From positions 51,541 to 115,540 of the forward strand of contig NMRA01000039.1 in assembly GCA_002633005.1 (NCBI GenBank): a stretch of 64,000 nucleotides of DNA, read 5' to 3'. Made by a program: the position numbers and the translations under genes. Of the stretch, positions 49,178 to 61,525 are shown in pieces (the stretch's first letter is position 1; the number at the start of each line of letters is the position of its first letter). Origin of the DNA: Phoronis australis. Lineage: Eukaryota; Animalia; Phoronida. The notes below the pieces were generated by a model that was not told where the DNA came from, did no database searches, and worked only from the letters and a program-made list of their open reading frames with translations.

Positions 49178-52100
49178 ATGATTAGTATTTTCTCGATGAA
49201 TTGCAGAGGTTTGGATTCCCATTTGAAACGAAAAAATTTGTTTAACTATATTAAGCAACCAAAACATTCAATTTTCTGTCTTCAAGACACTCATTTTACT
49301 AGTGATATTGAAAATCTAGTGAGAACTCAGTGGGGTTTAGAATGTTAATTCAGTCACGGGACAGGGAACTCTAGGGGTGCGTGCAATTTATTTAACAACA
49401 ATTTTGAATATACAGTTAATGGTATTCGTAAGGACTCAGTTGGAAATTTTTTGGCTTTGGAACTCCGTGTTGAAAAGTATGAAGATTATAATATAGATTG
49501 CTTCAATTACTTACGACAAAACAACCCTAATTCGAAAAAGGAAATTGAGAATCTAAAAAGCTCTTTTAATCTGGTTGACGCATGGCGGATAGCAAATCCC
49601 GAGAAACAGTGTTTCACGTGATTTAAAAAGAATCCTTGCAAAATGTCTAGATTAGACTATTTTCTAGTCAGCAATGAGTCTTCGACTATAGTGGATAGCG
49701 TAACTCTTAGTCCAGGTTACAGAACTGACCACACAAATATTTGTCTTTCATTTAATTGTAGCAACTTCCAAAAAGAGCCCGGATTGTGGAGATTTAATAA
49801 TAAATTCTCTGAGGGGGGACGAGCATTGTGTATTCAAAGTTAGAATTGTGATCGTTGATACTGTTGAAAAGTATTCTGTCCTGCCATACAATAAGGAAAT
49901 TTTTGATGAAGAATTACTGAAGGATATTAAATCGACTGTCAGTGATCATTTATTTTTTGATGTCCTTCTGAACAACATCAGGACATTTACTATACCATTT
50001 TCTGTTGAAAAAAAGACGAAAACGAAAACTTCAAGATGAATTGATTAAAAAATAGAGGCTTTACAAATATTGTTTCAAAAAACAAAAGCATCGGTTTATG
50101 AAGAATTGCTGCAGGAATGCAATGCCCATTTAGAAACAATTCGCGAAAATTATGCAAAAAAGGATTATTTCTTCTCTCAAACTGCAAATGGATTGAAGAA
50201 GGTGAGAAGGCAACAAAGTATTTTCGTGCGTTGGAAAAACGAAACTTTATTAATGCAACAATACATGTAACTAGGGTGATATAGTCCTCAGGCGAAACTT
50301 TGACGAACCAAAAAGAAATTTTTAGTGAATTCAAATTTTTACGAGAAACTATATGCTTCTAGAGACAACACTCTTGGAATTAAGAATATCATGGATATTG
50401 CGAAAATTCAAAATATCAAAAAATTAGCGAAGATGATCGAGCACGTTTAGGTGCGGATATTAATCCGCACGAAATAGAAGTTGCTTTAAAGAAAAATAAC
50501 TAAAGTCCAGGAATTGATGGTTTTACTGTTGAATTCTACAAATACTTTGGGAAGAAATTATCACCTTTCGTATTTAGGTCATTTACTATAAGTGTAGTTT
50601 TGAAGTGAATGCTCTCCCAGCTTCACCACCGCAGGGGGTAATTAAAGTTCTGCCAAAACCCGGTAAGACCAGAGAATTTTTAAAAAATTGGCGTCCCATT
50701 TCTTTGTTAAATGCAAACAATAAACTTTTGTCTTCGTGTTTATCACAAAGACTGGAAAGAGTTCTTGAAAAATTGACTCACCCAGATCAAACAGTTTTTT
50801 TTATCTTGGCGATTTATTAGTGAGAATACCAGTATTTTTTTGACAACTTGCATTATGCGAAATTCGCGTAAACTTCCCGATCTTGTGACAATATTGTTTT
50901 TTTGAAATGATGAAGTACATGTAAAGGGAATTAATTTTGGCAAAAGAAGTAAAAATTCAACATTATGCCGATAATACAACAGTTGTAAGGGATGGTACTG
51001 AAAAGAGTCTTAAAATGGCTCTGGATATTCTGGACCAATTTGCTAAGTATTCAGGTCGTAAACCTAATATTGAAAAAACGAGTGTTTATGGATTGGAACC
51101 AGGAAATATGATACTTGGATACCTGATTTCGCAAAAACTTTAAAATGGTCAAAAACAGAATTTTTAACTTTGGGGATTAAATTTTGTGTAAATCTAGACT
51201 ACATGATTGGTTTGAACTTTAATGCAAACATGTTGATACTCAGAATATCTTACGCTCTTGGTCCAGAAGATACCTCTCAGTGTTCTGGAAAAAATTGTGT
51301 GGTGAAATCTTTAGTATTGCCGAAGCTTACACATCTCTTCTTAAGTCTCCCATCACCAAATGACGATTTTATTAAGCAACTGGAGAAAATGTTTTTAAGG
51401 TTATTTGGAGTAACAAAAAACATAAAATCTCTCGTAAGACATGGTTCAGAATTATAAAAATTGTGGTCTCAACATTGTCCATCTAGTTCCCTTTATCAAA
51501 GCTCTTAAAGTAACATGGTTAAAAAAGATTATAAATGGACAAAATAATTCAGCCTGGAGAGATATTTTGCGAAATTCAAGTCAATTACACATTGAAAAGA
51601 TGTTCAATGGAGGAAACTATTCCTTTAAAATGGTAGCCCAGTCCACAGGAAATCCTTTTTAGAAGGATGTGTTTGTTTCAACATTTGAGTTTGGTTTGAT
51701 ATTAAACGAGGTCAAAGAAGATGACAGGATACTGTCCCTTTCTTTATGGCATAACACAAAGGTTCTGACTGGAGGAAAACCAACATTTTATCCTACTTAG
51801 AATAAATTTGTGACTGTAATATTCTTAGGTGATTTATTTGACGAAAACGGAAATTTCTTTTCATACGACAGTTTTGCAGACAAATTTGGTTTTAAACATG
51901 TTTTACACTTTATTGCGGAAGGAAAAATTGCTTGAAATTAACTTTCAAAAGTATATCGTTTTCAAGTGCAATAGTGTCTCAACCAGTTATCACACAACTC
52001 TGGCAAATTTTGGCGAAAAATTTGAAAGGTACTCGTGATATACATGATATTTTTCTCACAACTTTGTTTCAAAAACCAAAAGGTTTAGAAAAATAGGAAA

Positions 52101-52770
52101 ATACTTTTGGTTGGCAAGATCAATGACCGAATGGAAGTTATGTTTTCAAACTTTTGTTTTTGTACTTCAAATGTTAGACTCAGATGGTTTCAAATAAGAA
52201 TTGTTCATAGAACTTTGCGAATTGGTATTTCTCCAACTGATCGTTGTACCTTTCGTAGGAATGAACCTGAAACTTTAGAACATTTATTTTGGGGTTGCAC
52301 TTTTGTTAAGCCTTTTTGGAAAGGAATAGCTGCATATTATACTCACGCAAAAAACGTCCCGATGTATCGATAGATTTCCAGACTGTTATATTTGGTAAAA
52401 TTGGAAAAGCGAATGAACTGTTGAATCTTGTCATTCTTTTGGCCAAAAAGCATATATGCAGTAGAAAGTTGAAAGCAGAGCCTCCATCTATAACACTTGT
52501 CAAAAAAGAATTAGAAATTTATTTCACATTCGAAAAATATAATTATTATAAAAATGGATTAGGATACATATTTCTCCAAAGATAGTCTGTTTTTTCCTCT
52601 TTAAAAAGAAACTGTAGATGAAAAAAGAATATTTGGTGTTTTTGGTTTGTGAAAATAACTTCTCGTTCGCTGAAATAATTGCGTGTGTGTAGGTGTGATG
52701 TGTCATTGGGGATTTCTGTCTTTGTACTGTGTTACTTTTGTTGCAATAAATCTTAAAAACTAAAAATTCA
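49178..52770 (+). mobile_element. Decayed L1/Tx1-like non-LTR retrotransposon ORF2, antisense within an astacin intron
   Basis: APE endonuclease motifs SMNCRGL, FCLQDTH, SRLDYFLVS and YRTDH. RT motifs KSPGIDGFTVEFY, KNWRPISLLN and HYADNT. C-terminal EPETLEHLFWGC, then aataaa and an A-rich tail. Many stops and frameshifts, with the mid-RT region deleted near 50830-50900. Confidence 0.92.
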
Positions 52771-53118
52771 ATTAAAGTTAGCGTGCCCGAAAATTGGTAA
52801 GATTACTTTACTCCGACGTCACTGGAATGTTTCTGAGAAACTAGTTCCCCGTTACCACTAAACAATCCCCATCCGACGGTTCAAAAGAATGGTCTATGAT
52901 CTGTCTTTTCCACCAATTCATTCTTCAAACGGAAAGTTTGTTTTCCTCACATCGTATATCTTTGCGTTGCAGCTTACAAATCAGAAATATTAACGTGCAG
53001 AAGTTTACAAAGATTCGCATCCATTTGAAAAACCATGTACATGTGCAGTTGTTTTAATTTTGGATCACAGCTAATATTACGTCTATCAAAGCAAATAAAA
53101 TTTGAATTCAGAACTCAC

Positions 53119-53282
53119 TGAATGCCCCAGATTGAATTGTGTATGGTACAACATTATTGGTCCATCTTAGTGTCAAATCTCGAATGGCGTTTCTCCTCTG
53201 TCGCACACGTGCACGCAATGCGTCGCGGCGACGTCTTGGGGGCTCTTCAGAAACGTCTTTGTCGGCCTCAAATGGGATTCTC
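53119..53282 (-). CDS. Astacin metalloprotease exon: prodomain end, furin site, mature N-terminus
   Basis: ttgaag|...|gtgagt, phase 2-1. Encodes RIPFEADKDVSEEPPRRRRDALRARVRQRR|NAIRDLTLRWTNNVVPYTIQSGAF. Confidence 0.92.
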
Positions 53283-53420
53283 CTTCAACAAAAAATCACT
53301 CGCTTAGTTTTTTTGACGAATTCATTAAAGAATGATTATCCTGCCATCACCCTGACATGCTATGTTAACTGTTAACGATGACCAATGACTTGAATCTACT
53401 TTTTTCCGCATTTTGTTTTC

Positions 53421-53826
53421 CTGGGCCCAGTCTCTAATCTTTGTACTCGAAACGAACTCGAAACTATTTTTGGCAATTTCTCTGCTCCTTTTGCGCGAAC
53501 TTAAGATAATTGGTTATCAGACAGTGCTCGAATACATTATAGTTTATGCATAGGAGTTTCTAGTTCAAGTTTGCCCTTGAAGACCCTTATATTCGTGCTA
53601 CAAACTCGAGTAAAAACTCGAAATTTCGAGTTCAAACTCGAACTTATTGCTTTAATATTGGGTTTACAAACTGTGAACTAAGGGCAATAAATTATCTACG
53701 TAAGTTATTGTGTACTCGAACATAGAATAATGGACACTTATCTTGAGTTCACCCAAAAGTAGAGTAGAAAATGTCAAATATAATTTTGAGTTCCATTTCG
53801 AGTAAAAAGATTGGAGACCGGGCCCA
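53421..53826. mobile_element. PIF/Harbinger-like MITE with ACTCGA-rich interior
   Basis: ctgggcccagtctctaatct ... agattggagaccgggcccag. Confidence 0.75.
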
Positions 53827-54674
53827 GATTGTCTTTTTATTTTCACAAATTATTCACAATGGCAAAATGTTTCGGTCCGTCATTTCTTCAGACATTTCCA
53901 AGTGCCACAGTGGTATTTTTGGTTCACGGGGGATTTTAAATTGGGACCTGTCTAGGTGTCCGGCCTACACTGTAACGACTATACCACTGAGATCTCCAAT
54001 AATTTCTAGGGAATTTGGTTTTACTTATATCTTCTTCACACGTGTTTTATCCAGTGTCTGACTTGATTGCAAAGCTCAAATAATTCGTTACTAGTGGAAA
54101 GAGGTCGTCACGCAAATATTCCCCATGAAAATAGGTTGTGTGAGTTATGTAATTCGGGATGTGCAGAGGACGAGTACTACGTTGTGTTAGGTGTTAGTTT
54201 ACAGTGCGCACCAAGACCTCCCACGACATCTTAATTTAAATCTCTCATGAGAACACCGGATACCCTGCTTCTAAAATTCGTCCACCATGCTCTTAAGCGA
54301 CACATTTTTTATCCAGTTTCTAACACACATGACAATGAGCTGGCTTCTATATCGTAATACTTTGGGCATATGGCCATATGTTTGTATTTCAATAAATGTT
54401 CGTAAACAAATTTCACACTTTACTGGGAAACTAAGTTGCCAATACTTTCTTCTTAGTAATTGTGAAATGGAAATTTATAACGAAATTTGTGGCTTAAAGA
54501 GTTTTAAAAAACTCTTAAGTCACTTTTCAGGAAACCATGTCCAGAGTGGGTAAGCACTTTGCCATTAGATGGAAAATTGCGTTTTGCGTCAGAGCACTTT
54601 TGTTGCCTAAATAAGCAGTAGACGACTAAAAACGTGAATGAAGAGATATTTTAGCTATTTACTGTTTTACTCAC

Positions 54675-54768
54675 TCTTTGTTTAGTCTCACCAAGTCCTC
54701 CGGTTTGAACAACATGTCGTATTCAATTGTCACAACGTTTTTGTCATGGTGATTTTCTCCTTTCCTGC
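54675..54768 (-). CDS. Astacin metalloprotease exon: prodomain with aspartate-switch-like motif
   Basis: ttgcag|...|gtgagt, phase 1-2, matching the next exon. Encodes RKGENHHDKNVVTIEYDMLFKPEDLVRLNK; IEYDM corresponds to the FEGDI motif. Confidence 0.85.
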
Positions 54769-56205
54769 CTGCAAACAATTAGCGTAACATGGCAACATGA
54801 GATCATTGTCTTAAGCTTTACACAATGTATATACATGTAAAGAGTTACGCATCTTGCAGGAAGTACATGCCGTATTCTGTTGGAAATTAGATCCCGGGCT
54901 TATTGAGACACATAACAAGGAAACAATTTGATTTGTCAGAATAAAATGATTAACTCTACATGTATACACGTGATTGTAGCGCCGTGAAACACGGGCCTTT
55001 TTGAGTATGGAAGAACTACTCTTCCATATTCAACGCGTGTTGAATACGGGTTTTCTGAATTCAACGCGCGTTGAATACGGATGCCTTCTTTCTCACCAAC
55101 TTTCCATTTTGTGCACAAAATACACTGCAATCACAAGAAACATGATTTTTTTTCTATAAAATTACTTTGGGCTCACCTCCGTGCGCAATATTTTCACATG
55201 CCAATACTTTGATATGTGGTATCAGAACTGAACAAAGATGTGAATTAAAAATATGGTTGACAATTTTTCTTAATATATCTTGAAATTTTGCACCTGAGTA
55301 GAATACTTAAATCACAAAAATCCCGATTTTGCCACAATATATTCGGGATTAGGAAAGCAATAAACATTACCAATGCGTGCCCCCTTTTGGTCAGCTATTG
55401 TACTACACCAGATGAGGATTTCAAAGGTCAAATATGAGTCAATTTTTAAATTCGTTCCCAAAACAATCAAAATACGTCGAGACAAAAAGTGAAACTGCAA
55501 CTGCTGTAAACAATGTATTTTGTCAATTTTATGGTACATGTAAATTTCGGAATACCTTCTACATGTACCTAAAAATGATACGAACCGAACGCAAGGAGCA
55601 TTTTTAAGAAGCGTTTGGTCCTGCATCAGCCACAACGTCTGGGTGCCCTGCTCAGATATTACTCAAAGAAGTCAAGAAAAATGATCAGAAATGTAAGCAA
55701 CCTTAGCTCAAACTCTGACGAAAATACTGAAAATAGCAGATAATTATGCACCCCAAGCTTGTAGCTCCTGTAAAATATAATTTTAAATGCCGTGTCCTGC
55801 AGGCTGCAAAAAAATCATTCATAGAAATATTGCGTGCACGTATGCGTGTCACGCGATCTGCGATCATCATTGATAAAAGATGACAAACGACACCAAAACA
55901 AGAGGAGCAATCTGTGTACGCCCGCTTCTTTAAAGTGTAATTTGCAAGGTCCAAGTATGTTAAATTGCAATAATATCTTCCAGGTATTGCTCTTTGGATG
56001 TATTTTATTCAAATTTTCGTATAATTATATCTTTAGTTATTTTTAAAAATCGAATATAAAAAATCCGCGAAAAGTTGTCTGACCTTTTACACCGTGACAT
56101 AATGTTGGGGAACACAAACTAGTTCATAGCCCACAATGCAGTTCACCGCCATTATATCACAGTACATGACGAACGAAGACCATTCAATCTTGGTTTGTTT
56201 TAGCA

Positions 56206-59200
56206 ATGGTGCATCGGTGTGTGTGCGCTAACTGTTCTATCACTACCCAGGTTGAAGGCCTGAGCCCATTTAAATTTCCAAATGACAAGCATCTGGCCGC
56301 CAAATGGAACGTTTTCGTGTGCACAGCTCGTCTTTGGAAAATGACGGTCGAGTCAGCCATCTGTCGGAGCCGAAATATGCTCCGACCATTTTAAGGACTG
56401 CTGCTTCGACGACAAGCACATCATGAAGATTTAAGCTGGTCTTGTAAAAAGGTAAGTTACCTTGATAATTTTGATGTCTAAGAATTCATGACACTTTCGA
56501 AAGGCCTGAACAATTATATAACAATTTTTAATCACAATCACTATAGTTCTCAAGTGTGTAAAAATCTGTTGTTTTTCAGTGAAAGATTTAGTTATAAAAG
56601 GATCAGTAAAACTAAAAGCCACAACAAATATAGCTGATCTCAAAGGATGCATGTATTTTGAAAAGAGTGAAGACTATGAATAAAGTAAAACACGATGGTA
56701 ACTCAATTCTATAGTTTTGATTATTAAAGTAATCTGCTTCAAAAAACAGGATTAAATTCTAGTTTTGGCTTTTGCTTGAAGGTTATAAATGTAGGCGAAA
56801 ACTTGCAATTAGACATCGTCGTGTTTTACTATAATCACGGACTACTCTGGATTCAAAATGTTTTCTTTTTTACATTTGAATTGCTGCTGTGCTTTTCAGA
56901 GTATGTAAATGAAGTAAGGGAGAACACCTTGCGCTAAGTGAGGAACAAAGAGAAGCTGGCGACCTTGAAATTCGTTTAGAAATGTATGCCCCTCCAATAT
57001 CGACTGCTGGTGCTCCAGAAGTGTCCAAGGAGGATGCGTGGCATAGATTAGGACCCGTTGTCCAGATAAATTCAGACTGGCTGCTTTGTCAAATGGACAG
57101 CACTGGAATTACTTTCCGTCATATAACTGACAGTCACTATTAATGTTTTAGATTAAAATTTTGATAATGGTACAGATACCAATGCCAGAGTGTTTACAGT
57201 AGCAGTGCTGGAAATTGTGAAAAGCCTTTGTGTGTGGCATTTTAATTTCCCGTTTGTATAGATAAACCCGGTGATATACTATATTCTTATAATGAAACCA
57301 GTGGCGGATTTAGAGGGGGACATTCCCCCCCTAAAATTCTCCAAAATTCCATTTGACAGTTCGGGGTTGCGAATGTCTGATGATCAAAATCCTGGCTAAC
57401 ACTGAGCCCTGGCCTCCCTAACTCAAAATCCTGGATCCGCCCCTGGAAATATTTCAATGTTTCTTCAATAAAATGACTATAAGTATTGTGGCATAGCTTT
57501 TTCAGGTATATTTGATTTGCACTAAAATGTTGCTGTCCCATACAGTGCATTGGTATAGGACGACTTTCGTAAGTGGGGTTTAAAAGGTTCATGTTTGTGT
57601 CGTCAGTCTTTTCGTGCGACAATATCATCCATACATGTATTGTACGTTAGAATAATCAGTTGCACAGAATTCAAACATTTTCTTGGGAACTTTTGAATGA
57701 GTGGTACAAGCAGTCCCTCCAGATGTCCCACTTCCTACACAAGTGCATACATTTTGTGTTTTTATACCATGTCATAGACATCTAAACCTATTGCATACTG
57801 GAGCTTATGGGTTGAGATTCAGTGGTCAGTGTGTTGTGTTAGTTGATATTTCACTGAATTACAGTAGAACTCGCTAAATTGGATGCAGTGAGACTGAGAT
57901 ATTTCTTCAAAGTCAGAGTTATTTGAAGGCGCTACTGCAGACTTAATGCTAACCTTGCTAAAGTTCCCACTGAAGCTCTACCAATTTAGAGAGTTCTACT
58001 GCGTAAGTAGAGGGAATGAGATTCAGTCTCGACTTCAGACAATGGCCCAGATTCAAAACTTAACTTTTTTATGTAATAGCCATACTGTTCAATGTGTTCG
58101 CTTCAAGCACACATTACTGGACTCCAATGAGACCAATTCCTTTGTTTACCTAGGTAAACCATAAGTTTAACTGATGTCGAGTTTCTGAAAAGCTGTGAAC
58201 ACAAATTGTTCTTATGGGATCTGTTACCTCCTCCTCCACGTCCGAAAGGTCGGAATTATCTGAAAAGTCCACATGTGCGTACGTGTATTTTTCAAAGTAT
58301 TCCTCATCTACGCTGCTGTACTCATTTGGATAAACATTGTTTCCTTTTAGTCTAGTCTAAAAATGCCCCTCTCGTGTACCCCCGGACTTCAACTTCAAAG
58401 TTCCATTTTTATGAAGGAAATTTCGCGTGAAAATGGAAAAAAAATGATGTTAACTAGCCGAAAAAGGTCCCACGTGCGTTTTGTATGCAATTTAGTGCCA
58501 CCGATTCCGACTTTGCTATATTTCGCAATATATCCCCGACTATTTGATATAACCGAAAGAGCTAAATGTCTGGACTCACGTTTGTGGGTCAATTATTACA
58601 TTAGAATTAAAAGTATCTTACAGGTACAAAACACTCAACATATGGAACAGAAATGTTGTGTGGGGCATGAAAATCCGTTATTGTTATACAATTCCGGACT
58701 TTGATGTCGACAGCTTAAATGAAAACAAACAGTGACATCATGTTCAGGTTGCAGCCCAAACAAAATATATTTTAGGTTCAATAAATCTTTTAAGAAGAGG
58801 AACGTTATTTCGACGACAGTCACATGATAACAAATCAAAGCTGCAAATCAGCTGTTGACGTAAAAAACTTCTTGAATACAAACTAATATAAAGTATACAT
58901 ACTGTATCGGTTGTTGACATGTCAATCAGAGCGAATTTAATGTGGGGGACAGGAAATGGACTGCATTTGAAATTAAGGCAGCTATCTAGGCAGATGTAAA
59001 AACCATGCCTACAACGAGGTCGAAGCTTATCAACTGAAGCCAAAGATCAGTCTCTACACATGTGCATTCTTCACTTAGATTCTGCAAGTGAACATGGCAA
59101 TTTTACAGCATTATGCGATGTGAAAGGAACAGGAATGCAAAAAACTACCGCTGCTTAAAACTCACATCGTCCAACAAAATGATGTCATCAAGGTCTCTTC

Positions 59201-59300
59201 CTTCCGTTTGCTTTACGTTGAGGCACTAAAACGGAACGGTCATGGGAATCTTAGGTACGTTCTGAGAAACTATTGAATCGTTTCAAAACAGGTCCATTGC
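56206..59300 (+). pseudogene. Decayed THAP plus DDE transposase, Kolobok-like
   Basis: THAP domain MVHRCVCANCS...FKFPNDKHLAAKW...SAIC. Scattered downstream remnants: HTLLDS (~58105), VQNTQHME...GL-DVDSL...HVQVAA (~58625-58760), NLMW/KWTAF (~58940) and MAILQH (~59094). Termini not found. Confidence 0.6.
57299..57445 (-). mobile_element. CAG-ended MITE, near-perfect 5-bp TSD
   Basis: gaaac|cagtggcggattta ... ggatccgcccctg|gaaat. Confidence 0.75.
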
Positions 59301-59790
59301 AAAACCAGGTCAACTTCACAAAAATTGACAAAGGTGACACTACCATTTTGGCTGTTTCATAGATCAAGTATAACCTTTCATCTGCTCAGGGTCAAGCATA
59401 TTGTTTAGGAAGTACAGGTTAACGTCTGAAAACCGCGTTCATTCTTTGACATGACATTCCGAAGGCATGCAAACAGTCTTCTGGACTACTGTGGTCATTA
59501 ACAGCTGATTATATGGAACTTGATATTTAAAAACTTTTGCCTCCACAACTCATCTAATTTCTTCGTTTGTTGGTGACTGGGGTGAAAAATTCAAGAGACT
59601 AATTTCCTCTAGTGGACAAGATATCACAGACAGAAAGTGGAAGTTACCGTCAAAGCATGTACTCCTTTGTTTGACCATCAGAAAGTGTTTCGAAGCAAGT
59701 AGCTTACTACTATATTGCACAAACTGGCCGGGTCACTGTGAGAGCTATGACTTTGTCTTAGATTTTGAAACCGCTCAGTTTGCAAACGCC

Positions 59791-61162
59791 CAGGGCCCGG
59801 TCTCCAATCTCTGTACTCAGACTCATACTCATACTCGAGATTTCATACTCAAAATCGTGCTCACTGGAGTCGTACTCAAAAAAGCGTATCTAATGTCGTA
59901 TTTCGAGTTGACTCCAAACGTACTCAAATCTGAGACTCATACTCGAGTTGCTATGGAACTCTTTGTGATGTGAAATGCAAAATCACGCAAAGCCGCGCTG
60001 ATTCATCGCTCCCTATTGGAATAGACCACCCCAAGAACTAGGCCTACGTTATCGTCTGCTGTCGCTACAACTACAAGAGTATGTCTACATGTATAACGTG
60101 GAATTCTGAGTGTTCTGTAACTGTTATTCATTTTTTAGTTTCAATAAATATTCTTATGCCATTTCTTTGATAGATTTGGCAATTATTAAGCTTTATTTCT
60201 TGAGTTCCTCACCCAGTCCCGAAAATGTCTTAAGAATTATGTAACAGCTTATCACATCACATCTCTGTTGCTAATTTAGTCTTGATATAAAACCCATTGC
60301 TGAGTAGGCATACGCTGATGTCAAACTTTGATACTGTATCTTTGTATTTTACCGGGATGTATCAAGTGAGTTGACATTTGGCACGTGATTTAAAAACAAT
60401 ACTTGTGCAGGCATTCAGAGTTCACCAGTGGCAGTGAACGGGACGAGACGTCTACTTAGAAATCGGCAAACAAAATCTGCAATTCCATTTGGGGATTGAG
60501 GAATTATAGACGACTAAGTTATGATGAGAAATGTACCTGACAGGGAAGCGAACTTTTTTAACTTCCCTCCCCTCCTCGTCTTTTGGAAACCCTACAAAAC
60601 GTAGGCACACATACCGAAATAAGGGCAGCACAAACTTCTCACACGACTTTTCCCACGACTGCTTTCGACGCCGACAAGGGATTACAATGCGCCTGTTGCC
60701 AGGAATTGTAGAGGCCATAACATACAGTGATACCGCGGGCTATTAAGATGAAGAATAAGAAGATTTAAGATGAAAACTGTTATCTCTGATCTGAAATTGA
60801 AATGCTCAGATACGGTAAGAGGACTTATTTTTCTTATATTTGCTGTGTTTCTTGGTTCCCTTTCGATATTTTTTTTCTGGCTCGTATTTATTTTCGAGTA
60901 GGATTTCAAACACACTGCCATACCAAACTTGAAATTTGAGCATAGACTCCGAATTTTTACTCAAAATCGTACTCGAAATATAGATGAGATACACTTCAGT
61001 TCGAGTACACTCGAAAACTGAGTACGTGCTCGAAATTTCGAGCACAGATTTTTCGAGTATGACAATGAATACACCAAAGCTGAGTCTGTACTCGAGTTGA
61101 GTATGAAGTGTGAGTTTGAGCATGATTCGAGTCTGAGTACGGAGATTGGAGACCGGGCCCTG
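59791..61162. mobile_element. PIF/Harbinger-like non-autonomous element, 1.37 kb, same TIR family as 53421
   Basis: cagggcccggtctccaatctctgtactcagactc / gagtctgagtacggagattggagaccgggccctg, with subterminal (t)actc(g/a) repeats. Confidence 0.8.
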
Positions 61163-61525
61163 GTCTCAGAAAGAATTTACAGTTGGTGATATTGCTTAAT
61201 AATTTTCAGGTGACGTGAACCCTTCTTTCCTGTAACTAAAAATTAAAAATATTGACACCGTGACGTTGGGTACATTAAGGTGAATTATTAACACTGACTT
61301 TTGACATATGACGAGAAACCTTTCGCAAACGTATAAAGTGCCGGGGATGGACGAGTTTTCCACACGGGGACATGGTTTACAACCCATTTACGTGTTTGTT
61401 ATAATTATATTACATCATCATTGTATAATCAACATTTAAAGCTAAGTTAGAAAAATAGCAGTTTACTGTCTAGGTTTTCACTCACGTCAATAAAGGGAGC
61501 CAGGTCTTCTGTGTGCAGCCATGAG

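Noticed and set aside
55703-55728. 25-nt microexon of the astacin gene
   Set aside because: Weak donor, and its phase does not fit the neighbouring exon.
60536-60740. Minus-strand signal-peptide-like frame MLWPLQFLATGAL*SLVGVES...CCPYFGMC as astacin exon or toxin precursor
   Set aside because: It has two in-frame stops and lies inside a Harbinger-like element whose plus strand looks more like a TE protein remnant.
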